A DNA stretch of 64,000 nt from a virus (Duplodnaviria; Caudoviricetes). Made by a program: the position numbers and the translations under genes. This document shows, piece by piece, positions 18,950 through 28,421 of this stretch. Location of the stretch: positions 1-64,000 of the IMG/VR virus record IMGVR_UViG_3300029288_005816; one strand, written 5' to 3'. Within the stretch, counting starts at the first letter, position 1, and each line of letters starts with the position of its first letter. The notes under the pieces are model-generated. The model saw only the letters and a list, made by a program, of their open reading frames with translations, did not search any database and was not told the DNA's origin.

Positions 18950-20156
18950 TCTGTTTTATAATTTCTTTTATCACATCATCTTTGTTTGTCTTCATTTCAA
19001 ACCCTGGATACGTTCGTTCGAATTTATATTTAATATAACGTTGTCCTTCAAATTCTTTGTGTGCGCCAATTATGGGAATAAAATTTTCAATGTGTTTGCC
19101 TGCTTCAAAAATCCAGCCCAATTCAAATCTAGAAGTTTGACAAAAGCTTCTTCCTTCAATTTTTTCAAACTCTTTGTCTAACCAAAAAACAATTATCCCC
19201 TGGTACATTGCTTTTTCTAAATATTTTTCTTCCCAGTCTACTTGTTCTGAATATACAAATTTATCTTTATCAGGTTTTTCAAGTCTTCTTGGGGAACACA
19301 AAACAATGTTTTTGTTTAATTTTGTGCTTTTTAATTCTTCTTGTATTTTTTTTATAAATTCTTCTTGCCAAAGCACTTTGGGGTTTGTCCCTTGAATACA
19401 ACCTCCAAAAAATACATATACATCTTTACTTTCTTCAAATGTAGCCACCTTATCATATTCTGGTGCCCTAAGTACTTTAACTTCTCCATGCCTGTTTTTA
19501 ACACTTGCAACAAGTTCTCCTGGAAAACAATTTTGGTCATAATGTTTCCTAATTCCATTCATTTGAAATTTAATTAAATCTTCTGAAACTGGAGTAAAGT
19601 GCCAAGCATCAACGCCCACATTTATCATATTTCTCTGAACTTTCCATAATCCATGAATATGACCAACAATATTAAATTTATCAGATTTAGCATTTGTAGG
19701 GAAATGGTTCAAATAAACAGTTTCTCCACCAATTTCAATTTCTAATTCATCAACAACTTTTGTAAAATATTTAGATAAAATTTTATCATTTATTTCATAT
19801 TTGGCTGTCCCACTATTTTCTATGTTTATATCATAGTTCCCTTTTATTAAGACCTTTTCTCCATTAAGTTGGTTTAGGATTTCTAATCCATCTTTATCCA
19901 TTGATATATCCCCCAGATGATAAACTAAGTCATTCTTTTCAATTGTTTTATTCCAGACCTCAATTATATGGTTATTTACTTCCTTTGCATCCTTAAAAAC
20001 TAAATCTCTTCCATATAAGTTAAGTCTTGAGTCGTTAAAGTGAGTATCACTAATAAAGAATCTTTTCTTTTCTTTTTTTTTAGATTCTTCAAGGATGATA
20101 TTTTCTCCAATTTTACTCTTTATATCTTCTACCATTTTGTTTATTTCATTTTCCAT
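18933..20156 (-). CDS. calcineurin-like metallophosphoesterase fused to nucleoside 2-deoxyribosyltransferase-like domain
   Basis: SDTHF, HLGD, GNYD, NHFP, GHIH; C-terminal VFFGGCIQG..WQ..QVDWE..IVFWL..SRFELG. Confidence 0.8.
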   Translation of the reverse strand: MENEINKMVEDIKSKIGENIILEESKKKEKKRFFISDTHFNDSRLNLYGRDLVFKDAKEVNNHIIEVWNKTIEKNDLVYHLGDISMDKDGLEILNQLNGEKVLIKGNYDINIENSGTAKYEINDKILSKYFTKVVDELEIEIGGETVYLNHFPTNAKSDKFNIVGHIHGLWKVQRNMINVGVDAWHFTPVSEDLIKFQMNGIRKHYDQNCFPGELVASVKNRHGEVKVLRAPEYDKVATFEESKDVYVFFGGCIQGTNPKVLWQEEFIKKIQEELKSTKLNKNIVLCSPRRLEKPDKDKFVYSEQVDWEEKYLEKAMYQGIIVFWLDKEFEKIEGRSFCQTSRFELGWIFEAGKHIENFIPIIGAHKEFEGQRYIKYKFERTYPGFEMKTNKDDVIKEIIKQIKKMI

Positions 20157-20178
20157 GTTCCTAATTTTAATTAAAAAA

Positions 20179-20209
20179 CAAAGGTATAAAATTTTTTATA
20201 ATTTTCAAA
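20179..20209 (-). promoter_or_regulatory. Bacteroidota housekeeping-type promoter
   Basis: TTTG-N19-TACCTTTG. Confidence 0.7.
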
Positions 20210-20253
20210 GTTTTTTATTATTTATATGAAAGACAATATAAAAGCTATAAAAT

Positions 20254-20397
20254 ATGAAAAAAATCATAAACGAGATTGTCCCAGAAATAGAAATAGCAAC
20301 TCCAGAAATTGAAACTATTCCAATACCAAACCCAGAATGGGAATTAACACCTGATAAATGGCCTGAAAATACTCCCATGCCAGAACCTAAAGCATAA
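20254..20397 (+). CDS. 47-aa Pro/Glu-rich peptide ending PEPKA (not in ORF track)
   Basis: Hand translation MKKIINEIVPEIEIATPEIETIPIPNPEWELTPDKWPENTPMPEPKA. Confidence 0.5.
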   Translation: MKKIINEIVPEIEIATPEIETIPIPNPEWELTPDKWPENTPMPEPKA

Positions 20398-20403
20398 TAT
20401 TAT

Positions 20404-21621
20404 ATGGCAATGAAATTTAAAAATACCAGGTATGGAAAGCCGCATAAAACGGTTATAGATGGAATTGAAAATAAAAAAAGAACACCGTTTTCAAATGTTG
20501 ATTTTTTTAATGGAGGAGACCCTAATTATACAACAATCCAGAAACTGGCTAGTGAAGAATTTGAAAGCATTACAAAAGAAGTAGAAATCAATGGTAAAAT
20601 TTCTCTAATTGATATATCTGAATCTATTACACAAATTTTTGACATTGAACGTCCTTATATAAAAGAATTAGAAAAACTCGCTATAAAAAAAGTTAAAGAG
20701 CAATTCGGCATCCCAGATTCTGTGATGAATAAAGTATGTGCTAAAATAACAATGAAAATATCACAAGATGAATTATATTTAAAGAAAAAAAGTCCTCCCT
20801 TGTTTTTTTCAGATGAAGAAAAAGAAATTATAAAAAAACATGTAGAAAAAAGAAAAATTCAAAATGCATTAATGATGGGTGCGGGTTTTAGAAGCCATAC
20901 AACTTTTAATTCAATAAAAGAAGATTTAGACAAAATTGATACAATACTTTATCCATTATATCAGAAAACAATGCCTAATTTTTCCTTATCAATTTGGCAA
21001 ATGCCATTAGAAAATATGATGAGTCAATCGTTTGCGTCTGGTGTTACTAAGATGGGAAAAGATAAAAATGGGAAACTTTTAATTCAAGCATCTGCAATGA
21101 TGTTCCCGATTCTAATGCATGAAGTAACAAAAGCATCATTAGAATTGTTGTTTTCTAATTATATTATTGATATTACTAAAAAATATGGAGAAGAAATAGT
21201 AAATGAAATTATAAGACAATCTGATATTCCTCTACAAGAAATTTGGATGAAAAGAATTGGCCCAACTTTATGGAGGTATCTGCATAACACTCTTGATTAT
21301 ATTATAAAGCATGATAGAATGGGGGATTATAAATTAGTTTCTTATTTAATGAACAAGATATCTTTAATGGAACCAGAAAAATTTACAATTTTTATGAATA
21401 ATATAATATACAATTCAGAATTGGCAATGGAAGAAATAAATTTAATGATTGACGAAATCGAAGCTAAAATTAATTCTTTTAAAATTCAAGAGGAAAAAAT
21501 ACCTAAAAGTTATAATGATATGAATATAGAAGAATTACAAAAAGAATTAATAAACGCTTCTAAAGATGAAAGATACGAAGACGCAGCGAAATTAGTAAAA
21601 ATAATTAAAGCAAAAAGCTAA
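20404..21621 (+). CDS. hypothetical phage protein with C-terminal UVR (UvrB/C) motif
   Basis: FPILMHEVTKA, EIWMKRIGPTLW; IEELQKELINASKDERYEDAAKL. Confidence 0.75.
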   Translation: MAMKFKNTRYGKPHKTVIDGIENKKRTPFSNVDFFNGGDPNYTTIQKLASEEFESITKEVEINGKISLIDISESITQIFDIERPYIKELEKLAIKKVKEQFGIPDSVMNKVCAKITMKISQDELYLKKKSPPLFFSDEEKEIIKKHVEKRKIQNALMMGAGFRSHTTFNSIKEDLDKIDTILYPLYQKTMPNFSLSIWQMPLENMMSQSFASGVTKMGKDKNGKLLIQASAMMFPILMHEVTKASLELLFSNYIIDITKKYGEEIVNEIIRQSDIPLQEIWMKRIGPTLWRYLHNTLDYIIKHDRMGDYKLVSYLMNKISLMEPEKFTIFMNNIIYNSELAMEEINLMIDEIEAKINSFKIQEEKIPKSYNDMNIEELQKELINASKDERYEDAAKLVKIIKAKS

Positions 21622-21625
21622 ATTA

Positions 21626-23878
21626 TTATTCATCAAATTTTTTCATTTGGAACAATTCAATTAAAGATGTTTGCCTTTTTGTCTGTTTTATATTATTTAC
21701 AGACCTAGAAAATGCACTTCTTTGTCCCACAAAAACACAAAGTTTTTTTGCTCTTGTAAGTCCTGTATAAATCAAATTTCTATATAACATAGCAAAATGT
21801 TGATTTGTTAAGGGGATTATAATAGCATCAAATTCACTTCCTTGACTTTTATGAATCGTTATGCAATATGCAAGTTTTAATTCAAGCAATTGGTCTCTTT
21901 TGTATAAAATACTTTTATTCTCTGTACCAAATTCAATTAAGCATTGCTTTTCTTCTGGGTCAACCATAGTTATTTTTCCTATATCCCCATTATAGACTCC
22001 CAAATCGTAATCATTAACAGTTTGAATAACTCTATCACCTTGTCTTAAAACCCTGTTTTTAATCTTTATTTCGAACTTTTTAGGAGAAGGTGGATTAACT
22101 GCTGCTTGTAAAATTTCGTTGATTTTTATCGCTCCTATGTCCCCCACATTCATAGGACATAAAATTTGTATTTCTATTCCTTCTCCATAATATTTTTTTA
22201 TGGTTTCTATGTAAAGTTTTTTAATCATTTCAATAGCATCGACCCCATAAAATAAACTTGACCAATCTGGATAATCTGTAAAATGTTTATGTGGATTTGC
22301 AAGCTCTGAATCAATAAAAAGACAGTCCGTTTTTTTATTCCATAAATCTGGTTCAATTAATGGGCTGCTAATATTTGGTTCAATTCCTTTATTAATACCA
22401 TGAGCAAATTTAATAATTTCCGAACCTTCACCTTGTCTAAATATTTTATTTAAAATGTATGTTTTTACAAATCCACTATTAATTAAGTCTTTAAAAAAAG
22501 CACCTGGACCAACTGGGGGTAATTGGTCAACATCTCCAATAAACAAAATTTGACAATCTTGAGGAATAGCTCTCAATAATGATGCCGCCAAATGTATATC
22601 CACCATTGATGTTTCATCAATAATTATAAATTCACAATTAAGCTGATTTTTTTCATTGTGATTAAAGCATTTCTCAACATGATTCCATCCCAAAAGTCTA
22701 TGTATAGTCTGTGCTTGAACTCCTATGACTTCTGTCATTCTTTGCGCTGCTCTTCCTGTTGGAGCCGCAAGTAGATATGTAAATTGTAATTTTTCCAAAA
22801 GGTCAATTAAGTATTTTAATGTTGTTGTTTTTCCACATCCAGGTCCACCAGTAAGCACAGAAACTCCATTGGTAACAATTTCTTTAATACTTTCTTGCTG
22901 TTCTTCACTTAATAATATTTCTTCTTCCTTTAACGACTCTTCCCATTCACTAACAATAATTTCATCAGCAACATTTCCAGCTGTTTTTAAAACATCAATT
23001 TTTTGAGCACAATATCTTTCATCATAAAACAATTGAATAGAATAATATCTTTCTTGTCCAGATATTTTTGAAAGTTTTATAATATTTTCTTCTACCAATT
23101 CATTTAAAATTTCATCAATCTTTTCTTTTATGCTTACCTCAAGAATTTCAGTTGCCTTAAGCAATATTTGATTATGTAGCAAATAGCAGTGACCATCATT
23201 TTCACCTTCATTTAATATATAGATTATTCCAGCAGAAATTCTTTCTTTCGAATTTTTATCAAATCCCATGTCTAAAGCAATATTATCTGCATATTTAAAC
23301 CCTATTCCTTTGATATCATTTGCCATTCTATAAGGATTTAACCTGATTTTATTGATACAATCCTTTCCGTATGTTTCATATATTTTAGTTGCAAATAAAG
23401 TACTTATATTATAACTTTGAAGAAACACCATTATTTCATTAATTTCAGAGTTTATTATCCAAGAATTTTTTATGGTTTCTAACTTCTTTTTTGATACACC
23501 TGGGACTTCTACTAATCTATCTATATCAGTTTTTAATATCTCAAGAACATTCTCTCCAAAATGTTGTACTATTTTTTTTGCAATTACAGGACCTATTCCC
23601 TTAAAAAAACTGGATGATAAATATTTAATCATTGCCTCCCTTGTTTCAGGGGCTATTTCAATAGCTTTGTCTGCTTTAAATTGATTTCCATACCTTGGAT
23701 TTGAAACCCATTGCCCATGGAACTCCATTGTTAATCCTTCATGAATTTTTAACTGATTAGCTGTTACAGTGTATTCTTTTCCTTTGTCTTTTATCAATAC
23801 ACTCAAAACATAAAATCCAGTGTCCTCTGACTTAAAAATTATTTTTTCTACTGTACCTATAATTTTCTCTTCTTGCAT
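21626..23878 (-). CDS. recD2: RecD2-like SF1B DNA helicase
   Basis: KGIGPVIA HhH, TGGPGCGKTT, APTGRAAQR, IIDETSMVD, GDVDQLPPVGPG, AYCITIHKSQGSEF, YTGLTRAK. Confidence 0.93.
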   Translation of the reverse strand: MQEEKIIGTVEKIIFKSEDTGFYVLSVLIKDKGKEYTVTANQLKIHEGLTMEFHGQWVSNPRYGNQFKADKAIEIAPETREAMIKYLSSSFFKGIGPVIAKKIVQHFGENVLEILKTDIDRLVEVPGVSKKKLETIKNSWIINSEINEIMVFLQSYNISTLFATKIYETYGKDCINKIRLNPYRMANDIKGIGFKYADNIALDMGFDKNSKERISAGIIYILNEGENDGHCYLLHNQILLKATEILEVSIKEKIDEILNELVEENIIKLSKISGQERYYSIQLFYDERYCAQKIDVLKTAGNVADEIIVSEWEESLKEEEILLSEEQQESIKEIVTNGVSVLTGGPGCGKTTTLKYLIDLLEKLQFTYLLAAPTGRAAQRMTEVIGVQAQTIHRLLGWNHVEKCFNHNEKNQLNCEFIIIDETSMVDIHLAASLLRAIPQDCQILFIGDVDQLPPVGPGAFFKDLINSGFVKTYILNKIFRQGEGSEIIKFAHGINKGIEPNISSPLIEPDLWNKKTDCLFIDSELANPHKHFTDYPDWSSLFYGVDAIEMIKKLYIETIKKYYGEGIEIQILCPMNVGDIGAIKINEILQAAVNPPSPKKFEIKIKNRVLRQGDRVIQTVNDYDLGVYNGDIGKITMVDPEEKQCLIEFGTENKSILYKRDQLLELKLAYCITIHKSQGSEFDAIIIPLTNQHFAMLYRNLIYTGLTRAKKLCVFVGQRSAFSRSVNNIKQTKRQTSLIELFQMKKFDE

Positions 23879-23930
23879 AATTTTCTATTTCATATCCTGT
23901 TCATACATAAATAAAACCACACCTTCAATT

Positions 23931-24407
23931 TTAACAGCCATCTTTTAATTTTTTTATTTCTTCTACAGCTTCTTTTAGTTTTTCTTCAGCTCTTTTTAAC
24001 TTCCATTCGGATTCAGCTTTTTTTCTTCTAGCCTCAGCTCTTTCTTTACTAGCAATAGCTTTTTTAACACGTTCACTCTCATCTAAAACAATTGCTTCAT
24101 TTGCTATTATTTTAATAATAACTGGCATTGGATAATTGGAATATTTTTTTGTAAACCAAGTCACCCTTGACCTGGCTTGTCCAATTTTTGTATAAATTTT
24201 TGCTTTTTGTAAGCTATCGACCCATGTCTTTCCATATCCGCCATAACCAACATTGTGGAAATATTGTCCACTCGAATTTCTCACAACAAATAATTCAAGA
24301 TGAATTTTAATATCTTTTATTTCTTCATTTATTTGAAATACTTCTTCGTTTGAAAAAGATGTTTTTTTTTCACCAATATCGTATGGTGTACATCCTGTTA
24401 TCGACAT
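23931..24407 (-). CDS. hypothetical phage protein
   Basis: AKIYTKIGQARSRVTW. Confidence 0.65.
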   Translation of the reverse strand: MSITGCTPYDIGEKKTSFSNEEVFQINEEIKDIKIHLELFVVRNSSGQYFHNVGYGGYGKTWVDSLQKAKIYTKIGQARSRVTWFTKKYSNYPMPVIIKIIANEAIVLDESERVKKAIASKERAEARRKKAESEWKLKRAEEKLKEAVEEIKKLKDGC

Positions 24408-24441
24408 AATTATAGATTTTTGTTTATATTAATCACTTTCT

Positions 24442-24705
24442 TTAGTATACACCTGGGGATTTAATCTCTGGATATATTTTCCATTTGTTATTTTCATAAT
24501 CCCAGTGTCGATTGTCACAAATGTCGAAGGTAAAATATAAACCAAATATTTCAATATTAAAATCAAATCCAGCATGGTCTGTATGTCTATCCCACTTAAT
24601 TGAGAAATTAAAATAACTCCATTCTTGCCAAATTCCAGATTGTAATTCTAATGATTTATTTTTGGAAAGTCTTAGGGTAGGATTAAAAAATACTCTTTCA
24701 GTCAT
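24442..24705 (-). CDS. hypothetical protein
   Basis: DHAGFDFNIE..CDNRHWDY. Confidence 0.65.
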   Translation of the reverse strand: MTERVFFNPTLRLSKNKSLELQSGIWQEWSYFNFSIKWDRHTDHAGFDFNIEIFGLYFTFDICDNRHWDYENNKWKIYPEIKSPGVY

Positions 24706-24729
24706 ATTTGTTTTATTTTAGATTATCAG

Positions 24730-24760
24730 CAAATATAACAAAAAAAAGTAAATAAACAAA
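24730..24760 (-). promoter_or_regulatory. Bacteroidota housekeeping-type promoter
   Basis: TTTG-N19-TATATTTG. Confidence 0.65.
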
Positions 24761-24950
24761 ATTTATTTACTTTTACTAATTGACGTTTCTATTCCCAAAT
24801 CAACTATTTTAACAACACCTGCCAATTCAAGATTTGCTATATGAACTCTAAGCGTTTCATGAATTTTGTTAAAATCTTTTTCTGAATTAACTTTAATCTG
24901 AAATTTAATTTCTTTATCCATTTTTATTTTATAATTATGCTAAAAAAAAC

Positions 24951-24977
24951 AAAACCCCGATAAAAATTCGGGGTTTT
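24951..24977. terminator. intrinsic terminator hairpin
   Basis: AAAACCCCGA-TAAAAAT-TCGGGGTTTT. Confidence 0.75.
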
Positions 24978-25005
24978 TATTATATATTATATTTTTTTAT
25001 TTTTT

Positions 25006-25209
25006 TTACATTTGGAACAAATTTTTGAAATATTCTTTTGCCATAGTTCCAGTTTTTTCAATATGAGATAGAAATTCTTCTCTCATTTTTTTAAGCTCTT
25101 CACGTCTTTTTGAATTTTGTTCTTCTAAAAATTTATTAAACCTAATTTTTTCAGACTCATTTAATTCCAAGTAAGAAGCTTTTATTTTATCTAATTTTGA
25201 ATCTGCCAT
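25006..25209 (-). CDS. hypothetical protein
   Basis: Short ORF between promoter and terminator. Confidence 0.6.
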   Translation of the reverse strand: MADSKLDKIKASYLELNESEKIRFNKFLEEQNSKRREELKKMREEFLSHIEKTGTMAKEYFKNLFQM

Positions 25210-25256
25210 AATTATTTTCCTCTTTTTATTTATTTTAAATTAATATTTTTTATTCT

Positions 25257-25280
25257 ATACGAAAAAAAAGAAAATATGTT
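25257..25280 (-). promoter_or_regulatory. ECF-like promoter AAC-N16-CGTAT
   Basis: TGTAAC...TCGTATAG. Confidence 0.7.
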
Positions 25281-25836
25281 ACAGGTATTTTATAATCTTT
25301 ATGGCATCAACAATTTTTTTTATTCTGTTTGTTGCTGGAACATCTTTATTCCAACTTCTATTCATTAAAAAAAAGTTTTCTTCTGGATTGCCATTTTGAA
25401 TCCAATTATAATAATTAGGTGGGCCATCATCTATTAAATAATTCAATCCTATAGCACCTTTATCTTTTGTGATATATAGCTCATCAAATGCAAAATTATA
25501 CTTTCCTAACCAAAGATAAGTCATTGATATAAGATGAGATTCTTGAGATGTAGCACAAACTAATTTAATATTGTTTTTTTGAGCCCAGTCTTTTAATATT
25601 TCAAATTGCTTTATTATCCCACTATACGGCTTGGTTTTTAAAAAAATATCTTCTGGATACTCATTAAAAATAATATCAAACTTATCTTTAAGAGGCATTT
25701 TAATATGCGGATAATCATAATTGTGTGGAATTTTATCTACATCTATATATTCTGGATAATAATTTTTAAAAACATTATTAATTCCAGACATTAAATTTCT
25801 TAAAACACCATCTACATCAACTCCTACTTTTATCAT
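25279..25836 (-). CDS. 5'(3')-deoxyribonucleotidase (NT5C-like HAD)
   Basis: GVDVDGVL; YLIDDGPPN; WNKD. Confidence 0.8.
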   Translation of the reverse strand: MIKVGVDVDGVLRNLMSGINNVFKNYYPEYIDVDKIPHNYDYPHIKMPLKDKFDIIFNEYPEDIFLKTKPYSGIIKQFEILKDWAQKNNIKLVCATSQESHLISMTYLWLGKYNFAFDELYITKDKGAIGLNYLIDDGPPNYYNWIQNGNPEENFFLMNRSWNKDVPATNRIKKIVDAIKIIKYL

Positions 25837-26170
25837 TTTTTAAATATAAATGCTTGAAATATTTATCAATTGTTTTAAACAATTTTGTATTTTTGGAAAT
25901 AGTAAAATAAGCAAGTTCTACAGATTGATTAATGCGGCCTGGAATTACTTCTTTAAATCTTGGCATTGTATGATAATAATTTCCCTTGTATTCTGGGCAA
26001 TACAAAACAATATGGTCATTTTTGTCTGCAATACAAATTGGATAATTAACCATAAATGATGCTAGTCCAATTATGGAAAATTTTTCATGTTGTTTTACAC
26101 TAACTGGAATCTGCTTTGGAGCATTTAATAAAATTGGAAAATCTAGTGCCATAAATTTAATTTTTATCAA
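25817..26170 (-). CDS. hypothetical protein
   Basis: Operonic ORF. Confidence 0.6.
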   Translation of the reverse strand: MIKIKFMALDFPILLNAPKQIPVSVKQHEKFSIIGLASFMVNYPICIADKNDHIVLYCPEYKGNYYHTMPRFKEVIPGRINQSVELAYFTISKNTKLFKTIDKYFKHLYLKNDKSRS

Positions 26171-26504
26171 TTTTTTCTACAAAAACTTCAAATTCTTCTA
26201 TAGTTCGAGTTAAAAGAGCTCCTTTGTGTTCAAAATGAATCTCTTTTAAATATCTTTTAATACTTACAACTTTAAAATCCCCACGAACTCCTTCTCTAAA
26301 ATAATTATGTTTAGAATTTTTCCATCTTACATCATACCAGTCTTTATCCATTATTGTATCAACATAAACAATCTCTCCAATACTTGGCGCCATCATTGTT
26401 TCAATTGCAATCAATTCAGTCTCACATTCTTGGTCGTCTTTTATCCAGTATCTTACACTAGATTTAGAATAAGGTCTATTTAACACTTCATCTTCTAATA
26501 TCAT
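26157..26504 (-). CDS. hypothetical protein
   Basis: Operonic ORF. Confidence 0.6.
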   Translation of the reverse strand: MILEDEVLNRPYSKSSVRYWIKDDQECETELIAIETMMAPSIGEIVYVDTIMDKDWYDVRWKNSKHNYFREGVRGDFKVVSIKRYLKEIHFEHKGALLTRTIEEFEVFVEKIDKN

Positions 26505-26509
26505 AAATT

Positions 26510-27565
26510 TTATTTTGTATTAATTTTCATCATAACATCTTCTAAGTGATGCACATATTCTAAGAACCTAGGAGTTCTTTTAATATAAGATTCACGTTTC
26601 ATTGGCATATCAATGTCTATAAATTCATAAATCTCACCTGGATTTGATTTTAACACATAAATTTCATCAGCCAAATATACAGCTTCAGACAAGTCATGTG
26701 TTACAAGAATAAATGTAGGGTCACCTGGAATTTTTGACCATATGTTAATCAACATATCTTGCATTCTTAATCTTGTTTGTATGTCAAGAGCACCAAACGG
26801 TTCGTCTAAGAGTAGCATTTCATTATTTGCAATTAAACTCCTAGCAATTGCAACCCTTTGGAGCTGCCCTCCACTTAAAATAGGATATTGTGCAAATTTG
26901 TGTTCATGTCCTTCAAGATTAACGATTTTTATCATTTCCATAGCTTGTTCTTCTCTTTCTGCCTTTGCAACGCCTTTTAACTCTAATGGTAAAGCAACGT
27001 TTTGCAAAACTGTAGACCATGGGAAAGATGAATATTGTTGAAAAACCATTCCTACTTTGTCGTTGGCCGTTTGTAATTTACCGTCAACTAAAATTTCGCC
27101 AGATGTTGGTTTTTGCAAATTTGCAATATATCTTAATAATGTTGATTTGCCACATCCACTTGCCCCAACAATTACAGTAAACTGCCCAACGCCTTTTATG
27201 TCTCTGACCCGAAGATTAAAATTATCAAATATTATATTTTTTTCTCCAGATTTATCTTTATAAATCTGAGAAATATTCTTTAATTCCAATTTATCAACTG
27301 ATTCATACTTTGCTTCATTAAAAATAATTTTTGGACTTTCTTCAGACACAGTATTTATAACTGGAACCTCAATAGTTTCTGTCTTTGTAGTATCAAAATA
27401 TGTTTTTTTAGATTGAGAAGTTTCTGAAACGTCACTTTGTACAAAAACCTGGGGTTCTTTTTTTTTACTTCTAAAAATGCTTGAGAAAATATTATTTTTC
27501 TTTTTTGTTTCATCTGTGGTACTTGAAACAACGGTCTCTATTTTTTTATCGAAATAGCCTGGCAT
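26510..27565 (-). CDS. ABC transporter ATP-binding protein (NitT/TauT type) with N-terminal extension
   Basis: GASGCGKSTLL, MVFQQ, LSGGQLQRVAIARSL, LLLDEPFGALD, VTHD. Confidence 0.93.
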   Translation of the reverse strand: MPGYFDKKIETVVSSTTDETKKKNNIFSSIFRSKKKEPQVFVQSDVSETSQSKKTYFDTTKTETIEVPVINTVSEESPKIIFNEAKYESVDKLELKNISQIYKDKSGEKNIIFDNFNLRVRDIKGVGQFTVIVGASGCGKSTLLRYIANLQKPTSGEILVDGKLQTANDKVGMVFQQYSSFPWSTVLQNVALPLELKGVAKAEREEQAMEMIKIVNLEGHEHKFAQYPILSGGQLQRVAIARSLIANNEMLLLDEPFGALDIQTRLRMQDMLINIWSKIPGDPTFILVTHDLSEAVYLADEIYVLKSNPGEIYEFIDIDMPMKRESYIKRTPRFLEYVHHLEDVMMKINTK

Positions 27566-27566
27566 A

Positions 27567-28355
27567 TTAAATGTGTTTAAATTTAAATAATTTTTTATCT
27601 AACCATTTAAATAAAATATCTTGTAAGAATCCAATAATAATTATAATTACGATAATTGCAAAAATTTTATCTAACCTACTTTGCTTGGCCGATGTATAAA
27701 TCATCGCACCAACGCCACCTTCGTTGTTTACCATTTCTGCAACAATAATGTAAGTCCAAGAAATAGCAGTAATAACCCTAATATCTGATGATAATTTGGA
27801 TATAACAGAAGGCCAGTATACTTTTACAAATACCTGCCAGCTTTTTGCACCCAAGGTGTGAATAGTATCAAGATGTATTTTTTCTGTTTCATAAACTCTT
27901 TGTACAACAATTGGTAATAGATAAACTATAATACCAAATGCCAAGAAATTAATTTTCATGCCAGAAGATATTCCAAACCATGCAATAAATACTCCGACTA
28001 ATCCAGTAAGAGGAACATACCTTAATGCATCAATGTATTTGCTAAACATACTTCTCATAAATGGAATTAATGCAACTAAAAAACCAATTGGAACAGAAAA
28101 AGCAATGGCTTTAATATATCCCGCTACATTTAGTTTAATAGAATATAAAATATTTGCAATCAAATTTTCTTTTTTCAAGAGTTCGAAAAAAGACAAAACA
28201 ACGCTTTCTGGACTTGGAATTGTTTGAGGCTTTACCCATCCAGTACCAGTGGTTATTAAAAACCAAATTGCTACAAGAAACAGAAAGCCAGCAACCCCTA
28301 TTATTGTGGATAGTTTATCCGATAATTTTCCGCCTAATTTAAAAAGTGATTTCAT
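27567..28355 (-). CDS. ABC transporter permease (NitT/TauT type)
   Basis: IPSPESV, TLGAKSWQVFVKVYWP, SWTYIIVAEMV. Confidence 0.9.
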   Translation of the reverse strand: MKSLFKLGGKLSDKLSTIIGVAGFLFLVAIWFLITTGTGWVKPQTIPSPESVVLSFFELLKKENLIANILYSIKLNVAGYIKAIAFSVPIGFLVALIPFMRSMFSKYIDALRYVPLTGLVGVFIAWFGISSGMKINFLAFGIIVYLLPIVVQRVYETEKIHLDTIHTLGAKSWQVFVKVYWPSVISKLSSDIRVITAISWTYIIVAEMVNNEGGVGAMIYTSAKQSRLDKIFAIIVIIIIIGFLQDILFKWLDKKLFKFKHI

Positions 28356-28374
28356 TTTTTATTTTTAAAGAGTT

Positions 28375-28407
28375 AAAAAAAGCGCTCAAAGCTTGAGCGC
28401 TTTTTTT
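28375..28407. terminator. intrinsic terminator hairpin
   Basis: A7-GCGCTCAA-AGC-TTGAGCGC-T7. Confidence 0.8.
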
Positions 28408-28421
28408 ATATTTAAATTTTA

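Noticed and set aside
12952-23878. Introns or inteins in ligase or RecD2
   Set aside because: Both ORFs are uninterrupted, of normal length, and lack intein splice motifs.
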